Positions 14,101-26,277 of a stretch of DNA of 50,208 bases are shown one piece after another. The position numbers and the translations under genes were made by a program. How positions within the stretch are numbered: the first letter of the stretch is position 1; the number at the start of each line of letters is the position of its first letter. The notes under the pieces are model-generated. The model worked only from the letters and a program-made list of their open reading frames with translations, was not told the DNA's origin and did not search any database. Location: positions 1 through 50,208 of the forward strand of contig JNEM01010037.1 of assembly GCA_000697335.1 (NCBI GenBank). The letters run 5' to 3'. This DNA is from Conidiobolus incongruus B7586. Its lineage: Eukaryota.

Positions 14101-15126
14101 GCGCAAGTTATCGCTTCTGGCGACTCTTCTGCAGATTTGAAGCTATTAGTTATTAATGAACCCAAATTTGACTCTGCAAAACTCATTAAATTGTCTGATC
14201 AGTATGTCGAATCCTTTAATGTGGCCAAGCAATTGAACTTATCTCCCCTTGTACTCAGCAAGATCACATCATCTCTCCATGTTATTTTACCCGATGGTAA
14301 AATTGATATTGGATTGGATCTCAAATTCGAAGCTAAGAAGCAAAAGGTCATTGGCTATACCTTAAAGACGGATAAGGGATGGTGCTACTCCCAAAATGCC
14401 ATCAATTTAATTAAGGAATACATCGTCAAATTCCCAGAAATTGTTCAAACTTTGAACAATCGAACTACTTCGGATATGTTACTTCCCACTGATATTTATC
14501 CTGAAGCTACTGCAATGGCCAAGATTGAAGAGATTAGGGAGTGGCTCAAACTTGCCAACTGCCACAACTTCACTAAAGCTAGCATTGAAACTGATGTGAT
14601 GCCCGAATCTGTAGTCAGCCAAATTGCTTCGTTTTGGGATAATCAACTCTCTGGCCCTAGTCAACCATACACTGTTGTTCAAGTGTCTAAAGTGCCTCGT
14701 CAAGCTCTCCTCAAACCATCCCTCGCTGAGCATATTATCAAGAGCCAACGATTTGCATTGGGAGATCGTGTGATTTACATCAAGGATAATGGTGCAGTTC
14801 CCATTGGTTCCAGAGGTACAGTCGTGGGCAAGAATCCCACCGAAGTGGACGTCCTCTTTGACAAGGGATTCATCGGCGGTACCGACCTAGGCGGTCTCTG
14901 CCCTGCATTCCGAGGTTATACGCTTCCATTCAACTCACTCTTGAATTTAACAATACCTCAATTCAATTTCAAATGTCAAAACACCCCACAGGGTCCCATC
15001 TACACACCTGCCAACAGCAACTGCAATGGTCCTCTACCCAGAGTGTCACAATCCTATTCTCCATCGTCTCCTCGTAGTCCTCGAAATGCTTGGACTAGTA
15101 ACGGATCGAAACCACGTTATAATTAA
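11171..15126 (+). CDS. XRN1: 5'-3' exoribonuclease 1 (introns 11203-11257, 11314-11369, 11538-11593)
   Basis: MGIPKFFRWLSERYP, DNLYLDMNGIIH, DGVAPRSKMNQQRARRF, PGEGEHKIM and YGLDADLIMLGL motifs. The C-terminal D1-D3/SH3-like region distinguishes it from Rat1/Xrn2. Confidence 0.96.
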
Positions 15127-16206
15127 TCATTATACTTGAATGATTTATTATTGAATAGTTTCATACTTGGACCTTAAGAATTTTGTTTATTTAATAAACA
15201 ATAATCGATATCCAGTCGAATTTAATTATTTTGGTATTATATCACCTTTTTACATTATACATATATTATCAATATCTTTTAATATTTTTATTTTTTTTTA
15301 ATTTTATAACCTAATTAATATTTAGTTTAATATGACTTTAAGTTTCGAAACCCCTTTGAATTTATATAAGTTTATAAGCAAAGAATACAATTTATTTTTA
15401 AATGATTTATTCAATTATATCAACAATTCTATTCAGAGTTTATTCAAACAATATAATGCTATATCCATTTAAATCAAATTTAAATTAACAAATGATAGAT
15501 TTTCAAATAACTCAGTTAATTACTATATTATTGTAAAATTATAAAAAAAGTAATGGGTTTGGAATAATATATATCCAAAATTGACATTCATTCTTATAAG
15601 ATTAATTAGACTCTAAATTGATTGAGGTTTATGCAAATTGTAAAATGGGTGGAATTTTAAAATGCAAGTTTATAAATCTATATGAAAAAGATACTTATTA
15701 GGTAAATTGATCAAAAATATATGGAACATGATTCATTGATCTTTTTAAAAGCCAATAACATATATTGTAATCAATAATAAGTAGTTAAATTAACCATCAA
15801 ATTAATGTAGAGCATCAAGATATTAAAACATGTTTACTGGATTGATATCTTGAAAATATTACAATCCCTGGTTAGAAACTATAAAATATTCTCCTGAGTT
15901 TCTAAATTGGTCAATAATCTCGGGTATTAAAGAGTTATTACTACACTTTAATCAGATAGAAACAACAAAATTTAAGAACATTCCCTCTAATTTGTGAAAT
16001 TGATCACAGCAAACCAATTCATCCAAAATGCCCAAATTAGCAACCATTTGAACTAACATTTTAGGTAATATACAAATTATTCAAATTTGGTTAGAATTAA
16101 CAACTTTCCAACTCAGTATAAATATCATCAATATCTATCACCTTAAAATGATAATTATTATAATTTAATTTTTATGACAATATAATACAAATTACAAAAT
16201 ATAATA

Positions 16207-17469
16207 ATGGCACAAATTATTAGATTAAATACTGTTAGATTATTGAATAATCAATTGAAATCTACAAGATGTCAACGTTCTTTTTATCAACCACTTAACG
16301 CTACATTTCACAAGCAATTTGAACTCTACCGTTATCAATCCAGCTAACCTCCCCTGAAAACTGAGGAGCAGCCCAAGCGTGGAAAATTGGCAGAATTTTA
16401 CCACAAGGCTAAAGAGTTGGTAACTTTTTACAAAAATGGCATGAAACAAATTTTAACTAACCGCAACGAAGCTAAATTAATTTTGGAGAAACAGTCGAGG
16501 GGTGAAGAGTTGACTAGAAGAGAATTTCGTTTGGTATTATAATTGAATATTTTAATATGCATAGATCATTAATTTGATTTTTAGATTCAGACGGCTCAAA
16601 GTGATTTCAGAAAGTTGATCCCTTTTGCCTTGTTGGTATTTATCTTACCAGAATCGATTCCTTTCTTTATTATTTTTGCCCCTAGTACTTGTATCACACA
16701 AGAACAACAAGTGATAATATTATAATATTTTCTAATTAAATTCAATATTAATATATTTATTATCTAGTTAAAAAAGATGAAAAAATTAGATGATAAGAGA
16801 GATATTATCATTAAATCTTTTAACAAAACTGTCAAAGAATTCCATGAGGTAACTTTAATAATTATTAATAATTTTACATTTATTAATTAATAATTAATAG
16901 ATCTCCAATAAAGATTTTATGACAATCGATAGAACAATCAGTTTGATGAAACGTACTAGTAATCAATTGGATATTGATTTGATTGAAAAACCAGCTTTAG
17001 TTAATTTTACAAAGTAATTGACTATATCATTAATATAATACTATGATATTTATTGATTTATATAGATTTATGGGAATTACTACATGGGGTCCCAAATCTT
17101 GGGTACAGCTGAGGTTGTTAAAAAATTTGAATTATATTAAGGAAGACGATAAAGTAATTTAAATGATATAATGTTAATGGAATATTACTTATATATTCAT
17201 ATAGTATTTGTCTAAATCCGATTTAAATGAATTATCCCACTTCGAATTACAGGTTGCCAATTGGGAAAGAGGAATGTAAGTTTTAAATATAAAAAATTAA
17301 AGATATAAATAAACTGATTAACTATAGGAGATCTAATGGCACTACTGAAGAATTGAAGACCTCTCTCAAGAATTGGATTCAATTACACCTCCACAGCCAT
17401 CCTACAACTCCCCCCATTTTTATGGTATTCTCAAGATTATATATGTGGAACATTCATTTTAAAAATTAA
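16207..17469 (+). CDS. Mitochondrial LETM1-domain protein, 7 exons, with one in-frame TAA at 16345-16347 (pseudogene, recoded or sequence error)
   Basis: Arg/Ser-rich presequence followed by AKELVTFYKNGMK...LTRREFRL|IQTAQSDFRKLIPF...PST, YIKEDDK and ELQVANWERGM. All six introns are GT-AG and keep the frame. Confidence 0.8.
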
Positions 17470-17483
17470 ATAAATAATTTTTA

Positions 17484-18900
17484 TTAATTTAACAGTATGG
17501 AGCCATGTTGGCATTCTAAATTTCTGACATTTGATAAGATGATTTTGTCATCAATTATGTCGAGTTTATCCTTGGTTATGCGGTAGAGCTGGAGGCAGTT
17601 GTCTAATGTAAATACTGTGATCAAATTGGATCCTAGATATCCCCAGTCTTTTACTTTGGAAATGATTAAATGTTCTAATTGAGAATTGGTATTAGAATCG
17701 AAGAAGATCAATTGATTATCTGGATCTTTGGTTATGACGAGATTATCGATAAGATGCACTCTATCAAGTGTATTGATATTTACACTCAATTTGAGTTCGG
17801 GAGTCCAATTCAAACTGGTCAAAGTATTGGAAGCTTCGTCATAAGTGGGATAATAAGGTCTGTCCAAAGTAAAATCGGGTGTTTGCTTACCAAACCAGTG
17901 TAAACTCCATTGAGTAGCATCTTTTTCTTTGGTAGAGATCCAGAATCCATTTTCTTGAGTTGATACTTTGATGTCACTTTGGGATGAGAAGTTGGGTGGT
18001 TTAATTAATATAGGATGGATGCTCTTAAAGTTGGGATTGCTAGTAAGTGGAGGTAAATAACCCCATCCATAGATCAACTGGCGTTCTGGATTTTGAATTG
18101 GACTAACAGATGCCAAAGAGTAGTTCCTAATGCAATTACATAAATATACTATATAATTTGATGGGATTCATTAAAAATACCCTATAGCATAAATATGATT
18201 AACTTTAGTTTGAATTTCTTCAAAAAATGTGACTTTTTGGGGATTAGGATCATAAATTTCGCTGCCTCTTCCCAATATACCAGCACCCCTAATAATTAAT
18301 CAATTAAAGATATTACCAATAACAAATGATAGCTTATTACCAACTCATCAAACTCCCATCATTGGTAAGACTGTAATTATGATAATAACCACATGCCACT
18401 TGAACAGTTTCCAACTGCTCCAAGCTCGGACATAAAAATGGATTCTCAATAAATTCGTCAGCGTCATCCACATTTAATCCAGTGGTAAATGAGGTATTAA
18501 CAGGCCCCACTTGACCGTAGTCATTATTGCCCCTTTTGAATTATTATTATTAAATCAATAAAATTAAAAATAATAGTTAAAACTTACCAACCGTAAACTT
18601 TTCCCTTAATAACAGCTTGAACATGGTGTAACTATATTCAATATTTTAATAATATGATAAACAATTACATTAAATTGTATTTACACCAAATTTCCAATCC
18701 TGAACTAAATTTTGATCTAAATTTCGAATAGACTTAGGTATCGGAGCATTAAACAATTCGTACTTCTTTTCACTTGCACATGGGAGTAATTTAAAATTGT
18801 AAAGTTTTAATTTGTTAGTTGTTGAAAAATTATTGACTAATCTGGAAAATGAAAGTGATTTGGGTGAATGAATATTAATTGATTGGGTAAGTAGCTTCAT
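17484..18900 (-). CDS. RCC1-repeat protein with a presequence-like N-terminus (RCC1L/Fmp25-like), 5 exons
   Basis: Spliced translation gives FGLHH...VYGWGNNDYGQVG, QVACGYYHNYSLTNDGSLMSWGAGILGRG and IYGWG RCC1 repeats. Confidence 0.75.
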
Positions 18901-19064
18901 TGACTAGAGTATTATTTATAACAATAAGTTATATTGATTATAATATCAATTGATCCGAAAGCTGAAAGAAAACAATATAAATAAATTAATATAAATTATG
19001 GGTTGAATTCTGGAAATAAAAAATCCCCATTGGTTTAAAAAACTGATTAAATGGTTCGAATTAA

Positions 19065-19146
19065 GACACTTTGGCGGAGTGGTTAACGCGGCGCCCTGCT
19101 AAGGCGTTTCCCTTTGGGAGCACAGGTTCGAATCCTGTAGGTGTCG
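19065..19146 (+). tRNA. tRNA-Ser(GCT), intronless, long variable arm
   Basis: Acceptor stem GACACTT/AGGTGTC, D-loop GGAGTGGTTAA, anticodon arm GCGCC-CTGCTAA-GGCGT, variable arm TCCC-TTT-GGGA, T-loop GGTTCGAATCC, discriminator G and a T-run terminator near 19161-19165. Confidence 0.96.
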
Positions 19147-20102
19147 GATGAAATATTCTATTTTTGAAGTTATTATAAAATTTTATTTATTTTTATATAA
19201 TTTATTGAATTTAAACCTATAACTTCATATTATTTTTTTCATTTATCTCTAATTACTCTGACGTAGTATATTTTATCAAATATTAGGTTTTTTATATACA
19301 TAAAATAAATTTTATATTTAAAGTCCAAGTTGTCAACACCGAAATTGTTATTTTAATGATTATATTTATTAATATTTACTAAATTATTATCATTCTATTA
19401 CTATATTTTGGCTTTGAAATTTTGAATAATTAAAATTTTCAAAAAATAATAAGGAGCATTATTTGATCACTAGATAAATACAACTATATACATATATGAT
19501 GAAATATATATATATATATTGAATGATCGAGTGTGTAATGTTATTGATTTCCAAAATCCTATTTTCATCGAATTTTTAAAATTAATTAAATAATGTTTAT
19601 TTCAAAAAATCAATATGCAAAATAATTTGTAAATAAAATAATATATTTTTCAAAACAAATGAAACTATGAAATAGTTAGTGTTAAATATTAAATTTTGAA
19701 TAGTATTAAAAATTATTAGATAAAAATTAATTGGTGATATGGCACTTAGAACTTGATAAATTATTTAATGGATATATATAATTCAAATATATTGACTGAT
19801 TATATAACAAATAAAATTAAATGTGCTAAAATATTAAGAAAATGATTAAATATCATGATAAAAGTAGTTTTTGAGTTGTCAGGATTTAAAAAAAGTAAAC
19901 CATACACCAATATCAATCAGGTCGCAAATAGTAGAATATTTTGGTTGAGAAACCGAATTGGGAATTATTGATACAAAAGAATAAGCTCCAAATTTATTGA
20001 CGACGGAACGACAAAAAATGACTTAACACGCTTTCACAAGCTGATAATACTTTAGCAAACCGTAGATAATGAATTTGGAATTGATTCCCATTTATTAACT
20101 AC

Positions 20103-20677
20103 CTAGTTCTTGATGGTGGTAACGTTCAAACCTAAGAGATTGGATTAATATTAATCAAAACAATATAGTGTAGTTATATATACCAGGAGGAAGGGATTGC
20201 TTAAGCTTTTCAGCCTTGGTGGCGTCGTTGACGACGAGAGTGTAGAGGTAGCTGGAGCAGCGGACCTTGAATTTGACCTGATCTCCGTTCTTCTTGATAC
20301 GAGCGGCTAAAAAAAAATATTAATAAACTGAATCATAACCAACAATAATATAGTCAAATTACATTTGGCGTCCTTACGACGAGCAATTTCCAAAAACTTC
20401 TTGATATCTTGAACTTGCTTAGGCTAAAATGATCAAAAAAGCATTTAGTCAAAGGTTCTAGATAGATTATGATTGGTAATAGATCCGATTAAGTTGATTG
20501 CATCATCTTATACAATTAATTTTAATCTCATGTAATCTTTAAGAGTTTTTCTTATTTGTATTATTTAATATAGTTCCATTTTATAAAATTTCATTTAAAA
20601 TAACATTTTTAACATATTTTTAGAAGAATAATGTAATGGATGCATCGGATTATTAAGTTTTAGAGGTGTATTACCAT
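20103..20677 (-). CDS. RPL38: 60S ribosomal protein eL38 (4 exons; first coding exon is ATG only; intron 1 = 20424-20674)
   Basis: Spliced translation: [71 protein letters not shown]. Confidence 0.96.
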
Positions 20678-20848
20678 GGCGACAGTAACTAAACGGAGTC
20701 AGTAGTGTTAAGTAAGGGGAATTTACTGGCCGTGTAATTTAGAAAAGGGAAATCTTAATTCACGTTCATTGGTTACAGTTGTTGCCGTGAATTTTTGTTA
20801 ATTTTTTGTTTTTAAAAAATTCAATTGGTACAAATTGGAACCATCTTT

Positions 20849-20861
20849 TCAGCCAATCACT
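20849..20861 (+). promoter_or_regulatory. CCAAT box (TCAGCCAATCACT) upstream of RPL38
   Basis: Matches the NF-Y/HAP consensus. An identical 13-mer occurs on the minus strand at 48466-48478. Confidence 0.5.
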
Positions 20862-21099
20862 ACTGCTTATTTATCAAATTATATTTTTAGAATTCAAATT
20901 TGAAAGTTAAATTTGAATTATATTATAATAATATTCAGTTACAACTTTGTAAAAATAACAAAATTATTCACAATCTCATATTTATTCAATTAAATAATAC
21001 ATAATATAAATATATTAAATATAATTTATAATGGCAAATTCACTTTATTAAATTTGAAAATACAAATGAGACTAATATGGAAAATTAAAATAACTTGAA

Positions 21100-21755
21100 T
21101 CATTTGACTCTAGTAGTAATTGATTCTGGAGACCCTTCATTAGTATTGGTCCATTGGTTCTTTGGAAAGAAATGAGTAAGTGATAATTGAGAGCATTCGT
21201 GAGATTCTGGGAATCTATGCTTCATAAAATAAACCAGATTACATTCAACACAGTTTTGACCAACAATTGTCTTCTGCCTACATGTTTTTAAATTGCATCA
21301 CTTATTGACCTTTAACAATTTAGATTCTTTGCAACTCCTTAGTATATGATTATTCATCTATAATAATGAATTAATATATATAATATATTTGATATTTTAG
21401 TACTGTTATAACACTTACTGTAACATTAGGATCCTGATCTCTTTCAAAAGGAACGGGTTTATCACAAATTAGACAAGTATTTACTCTAATATCAGCTTCA
21501 ATATATTTCAAACAATTATGTAAATCGGGTTTGAAATGATTTTTCACTATTTAAAAATATTAGTATTAATATTAACAATATTCATATAATATAATTACCA
21601 AAATTTTTGTTTACAATAGTTATACGTAAATGGTAAGTAATCTATAAAGTTAAATGGAATCAATTGGTATCCAATGAACAATAATGTAGAATATATTTAC
21701 CTAGTTGTTTACAAGTTTTGAGACTACAATGAAATCCAATATGATGTAATTCCAT
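21100..21755 (-). pseudogene. AN1-type zinc finger protein (CUZ1/ZFAND2-AIRAP-like), disrupted
   Basis: MELHHIGFHCSLKTCKQLDYLPFTYNYCKQKFCENH...H.C, then CLICDKPVP...DPN..MNNH, then an in-frame TGA (21298-21300) before a second AN1 finger. Two Zn-ligand Cys positions are replaced (Y, F). Confidence 0.8.
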
Positions 21756-22568
21756 GTTTAATAAAAACAAGTAAAATTTTTCAATTATTTCCAATGATCA
21801 TTGTAGTATTTATACTATCGAGTACTCGCCATCATCTAAGTAGCATTTGCAATGTCATTGAATCAACCGCTTTGCAAATTCACTTAATTAATTAAATGAT
21901 TTATTTTTGACATTCTCAACAAATTTGGTCAATTATAGAATTAAAATAATATTATTAATCAATTTAAATAATTCAAGTCTTACAATTAATTAGTATTATG
22001 TAAGGATGTATTTTAAATATAATTAAAATATGTTCATTATATAGTGTTTTATTGGAATATTTACACATCATATTCATAATAATATAATAATTTATAAATG
22101 AAAATAAAAATAAAAATATTCAAGCTGAATTTGAATTAATATTATATATTCAACCTTCCTAAATAATATACTAATATAATTATGAGTTATTATTATGTTA
22201 ATTATTTTGATAATATTATAATTTTTGATTTAATATAGTTGTAATTTTGTATAACTATTATTGATATTTTTATGAAATAAACTAATTAAAATATCTATAT
22301 CTATTTGATGGCTATATAATCATAGTGCTCGATCAACATTATATTTAAAATTAAATTAGGGTAATGGTTTCTATATTAACATAAAATTATTCAGTATTTA
22401 TAATTTATTAGAATATATTTTTGTGAACATAAATAATCATTTGTTAGAAATATACTGAGGTTTAAAAATTATCAAGCATTGAAAATTTCAGTACAAATTG
22501 AATCATATCATTAGGCAAAATTTAATTTAAGATTTTTTATTAAATATATGGAATATAATAAATAACAT

Positions 22569-23810
22569 TTAATTGGAACGACTCTTTTGTGAAATGATAA
22601 TATCTCCATTCTTATTGGTAAATACATAATTAGGCGTTGGAGGAGGAGGAAACTATAATATAATTAGTCATCATTGTTTTATATGTTAAAATAGAAATTA
22701 CCTCACGATTAGGTTGAGCAAAATTGAGCCCACACCAGGTGGGAAGTGTCCTTTCTAATTGTAGCATTTTTAGCTCAATCACTTGTATCCTCTCCAAAGG
22801 ACTAAGTTGTTTATTTGGACTTGTTTCTAAATAATAAATGAATTAAATAACTCACATAATTTAAATGAATTATAAATAATACCAAGTTTCAAATTTAAAT
22901 GGGCTTCAAGTGCAGATAGTCTTTCTAAAATACTGGGATCAGATAAAAATTGAAGTTTATCATCCTTATTATTGGGGCTATTTGAGCTCTTTTCAACAAC
23001 TGAAGCTTTTCCTATACCCACAGATCGAAGGAGAGAAATTTCTCTTTGATAATTATTGATTACATCTATTTTCATTTGAATATTTCTATTTATTTTATTG
23101 GGATTCGTCCTTGAACAAGGTTCAGGATTTTCTAAATAATTAATACAATAATGTTATATTAAAAGGCTGGTTCATAATAAATTACCTTGATTTTCAGTAT
23201 TATTACTATTTTTTGAAAAATCGATGAATTCTTCTTGATTACTTTGGTCAATTTTAGCTCTTTTAACAGTTATAAATTTATCTATTCTTTCATCAATCTA
23301 ATTGATTAATTTAATTAATTAAGATAATTGTTGGAATAATAATTGAATTTACTTCGTCTTGAGTGGCCAATATTTGAATATTGTTGGATACATTCTCATT
23401 TTGAATAGGTGACAATGGCTCAATACTATTAGAATCTAGTTATATTTAATATATAACTATTCAGATATATATTAATAGAATTACTATTATTTGTTGTCTC
23501 AACTTCAGCATTATTTTTGGACTATTTGAAAACTAAATCAGTACTGATTACTGGAGGAATTGGTACAATTATTACTGTAATATCGGTAATAAATTCTTTA
23601 ATAGAGTTTTTAATTAAATCATTATTTTCAGGTAAAACTAGAAATTCTGTTGAAAATACTTGAGCTGTATTTTGTAAATTTAGCTAAAAAATATAAATTA
23701 AATTAATCAAAGGTATAAATAGTTTGATAAAATTAAATAGAATTTACATTATTCAAAAGTTTTAAAATATGTTTATAACAGTCGTTTATTTGAATATTAT
23801 TGATTTCCAT
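22569..23810 (-). CDS. MBIP-like protein (MAP3K12-binding inhibitory protein 1 family), multi-exon
   Basis: Spliced segments EIDERIDKFITVKRAKIDQSNQEEF...CSRT, ILERLSALEAHL and ERIQVIELKMLQLERTLP resemble MBIP conserved blocks from memory. The GT-AG introns keep the frame. Confidence 0.6.
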
Positions 23811-26277
23811 TATTATTTATTGAGTTATTTCCTCCCAATTTGAATTTTTCAACCCAGTAAAAATATATAGACACAATTCAATATTTCAAAATTATGGGTC
23901 TCCTGAAAATATTTTCTATAAATATTTTTATTATTATTTAAATTAATAAAATCACAAAAATACTATTAAAATAGTAGATATTCAATAACTTTATATAGGA
24001 TGTTATATTTTTAAATTTATCTTTATCATTTTTAGTTAATATAACAATTACTTCTTTTTTTGGTTATTTTACATTAACATAATTTAATATTGAATAAATC
24101 TCAGATAATACCAAATATTAATATAAGAAAAACACAAATGGCAAGTAATACTTAATTTAACAAATTATATCATATATGTATTAAGATTCAAAATCATTCC
24201 CAACTAATAATATTTCTTTAAAATCAATATTATTATATTTATATTAAATTTACTGTTAATTTAATTTTGTTATTTACTGGAATTGAATGCTACTCAGTAA
24301 TTTAGAAGGTTTGATAATATTAGTAAATTTTAAGTTAGTTAATGACATTATAATGTACTATAATGCTATTCATATCTTAACCTCGTAACCTTTTTAAAGT
24401 TCACAAGATTGGTTGATTATAAAAAATTTTTAATTAATATTGTCAAACAAAACTGATGAAAAATATCGTGATTTATTAATATATGTTAATAATTAGCAAT
24501 TTTAACTTCAAATTTTTAGTGTATATATTTATATCAGAGCAAAATAATTTTAGAAAAAAACGCTATTAAAACATCGTATAAATATTTATATATCAAGCGA
24601 TTATATATTTATTTAAATTAAGTTTGAATTCAATTACACAATTCAAGCCATCAATCAATAGTCAAAGATAAAAATTTACAATACAAATTTTCATTATTTG
24701 GCTTTTTAAACTCTTAGTAGAGCAATTGAAATTGGTAACTATATTTATTATAATAGTTCTATTCATGTTGTCTATAATTTGAAATCAGTCTTTAAATGAA
24801 AATTTCGACATTCAATAAGAGTTTAATACTATTAAATGTGAACTTAGTATTATTATACAACTATAAGGAAAAGCTCAATAATCTCTAGAGAAATCTAAAT
24901 GTTTAGAAGTATTGTTATTGTACAGAAACTAATTTTTAGCAATTAAGAGCATAACTTTAAAAATACCACATGTTATTGATTTCTATCACTAATACAATTA
25001 ATTGTTTCAAATTTTAAATTATGTTAGATCATTTGAATTTTACTGATATATCTCTTTTCTATTAAAATAAAAATACATTAGTTTATATGATTTAATAGAA
25101 TTTAATTCAGTGTATAGTATTATACATTCGGATTAGTTAATTTTTTTTTCGATATAAATTAATATATTGGATTTAAGCTTTAAATTTTGATTTAAATTAA
25201 AAGGATATTGGAAAAAAGCATCGTTTTTATTCATATAATTGTTAGCTAGGATTAATAAAATAAAATTTTATTGCTAAAAGATGCTAATAAAATTGGATAA
25301 AGTTATAATTAGTTTTATGTGTCAAAATAATTATTAAGCTATATATTTTTCAGAAATTCTATTTCCTTTGACAAATTATATAGACTTAGGTCCCTTCATC
25401 TATAGATTAAACTGCTTTAAAAATAATTACTAAAAATTTAATTATTTATATTGATTCTTTTTATTATTATAAACTTATAAAATGGCGAATTTTCAAGTTC
25501 ATTTAATATATAGTGTTTGAATGTTCAAAATTTCGCTTCCTTATTGAATAAGATTATTTTTATTATTTGCATTGTTGCTAAATTTAGCTAAAATTAATGG
25601 ATTCTAAATGCATGATTGGTTTTATGCACAAGTTGGGCCAATGGTTATCGTTAATCAATATTTAATGAAACTTAAATGAACTAAAAACATGTAAAAGTGT
25701 AAATTTTGAAGATTTTGCAAATGTTCAAAAGGATAAAAGCTTAAGTGAAGATTATAAAAAATAGACAATTATCTGGTTTTGACCTCTCTTTCTTTTGTAA
25801 TTAAGAGTAAAATGATGTATGCGGCTCACTGTGTGCGTAGATGATTCTGAGTAATTGTCTATTTGATGGAAAGAAGATGAATGAAGTAGTATGTCTGAAT
25901 TTCATTGAATTTGGTAATATTTATAATAACATTACAAAATTTCTCAAATTTAATATATTTTAATTCAATAATTCATATAATAAATTTATATCAGAAATTT
26001 ATATGATAAAATCTAAAATTTATGATAATTTATTAATTTTAGTTCCATTCATCATTATTTTGTTTCTTTGAAATATTTAATCCTTTTCAAGAAATTTTAT
26101 CAATTGGGGATATTGTTTCGTCACTTCTTCATACAACCCTGCAGTTCGCCTCCAATATCTTTACCCTGTTCATTACTAACCTTTTTGGCATTAGCTAATT
26201 TCCATCAAATTATATTTCCATTTCTATTTATATCTTACTAACTTGGCATTCATTACATTTTCATTCCTTTTTTAAAA

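Noticed and set aside
16345..16347. Alternative genetic code with TAA = Gln
   Set aside because: Most intact genes here (PP2A, XRN1, BCKDHA, RTT109) end in TAA, and the long ORFs contain no internal TAA.
19065..19146. tRNA-Sec or suppressor tRNA
   Set aside because: It has a GCT anticodon and a standard 7/5 stem architecture, so it is an ordinary tRNA-Ser.
20424..20674. Intronic C/D box snoRNA in RPL38 intron 1
   Set aside because: There is only a weak ATGATG box-C-like motif and no downstream CTGA box D before the acceptor.
21298..21300. In-frame TGA in the AN1 zinc-finger gene read as Sec or Trp
   Set aside because: It lies one residue before the first Cys ligand rather than replacing one, other ligands are also mutated, and TGA is used as a normal stop by MOB1, RMT2 and the BOI1-like gene.
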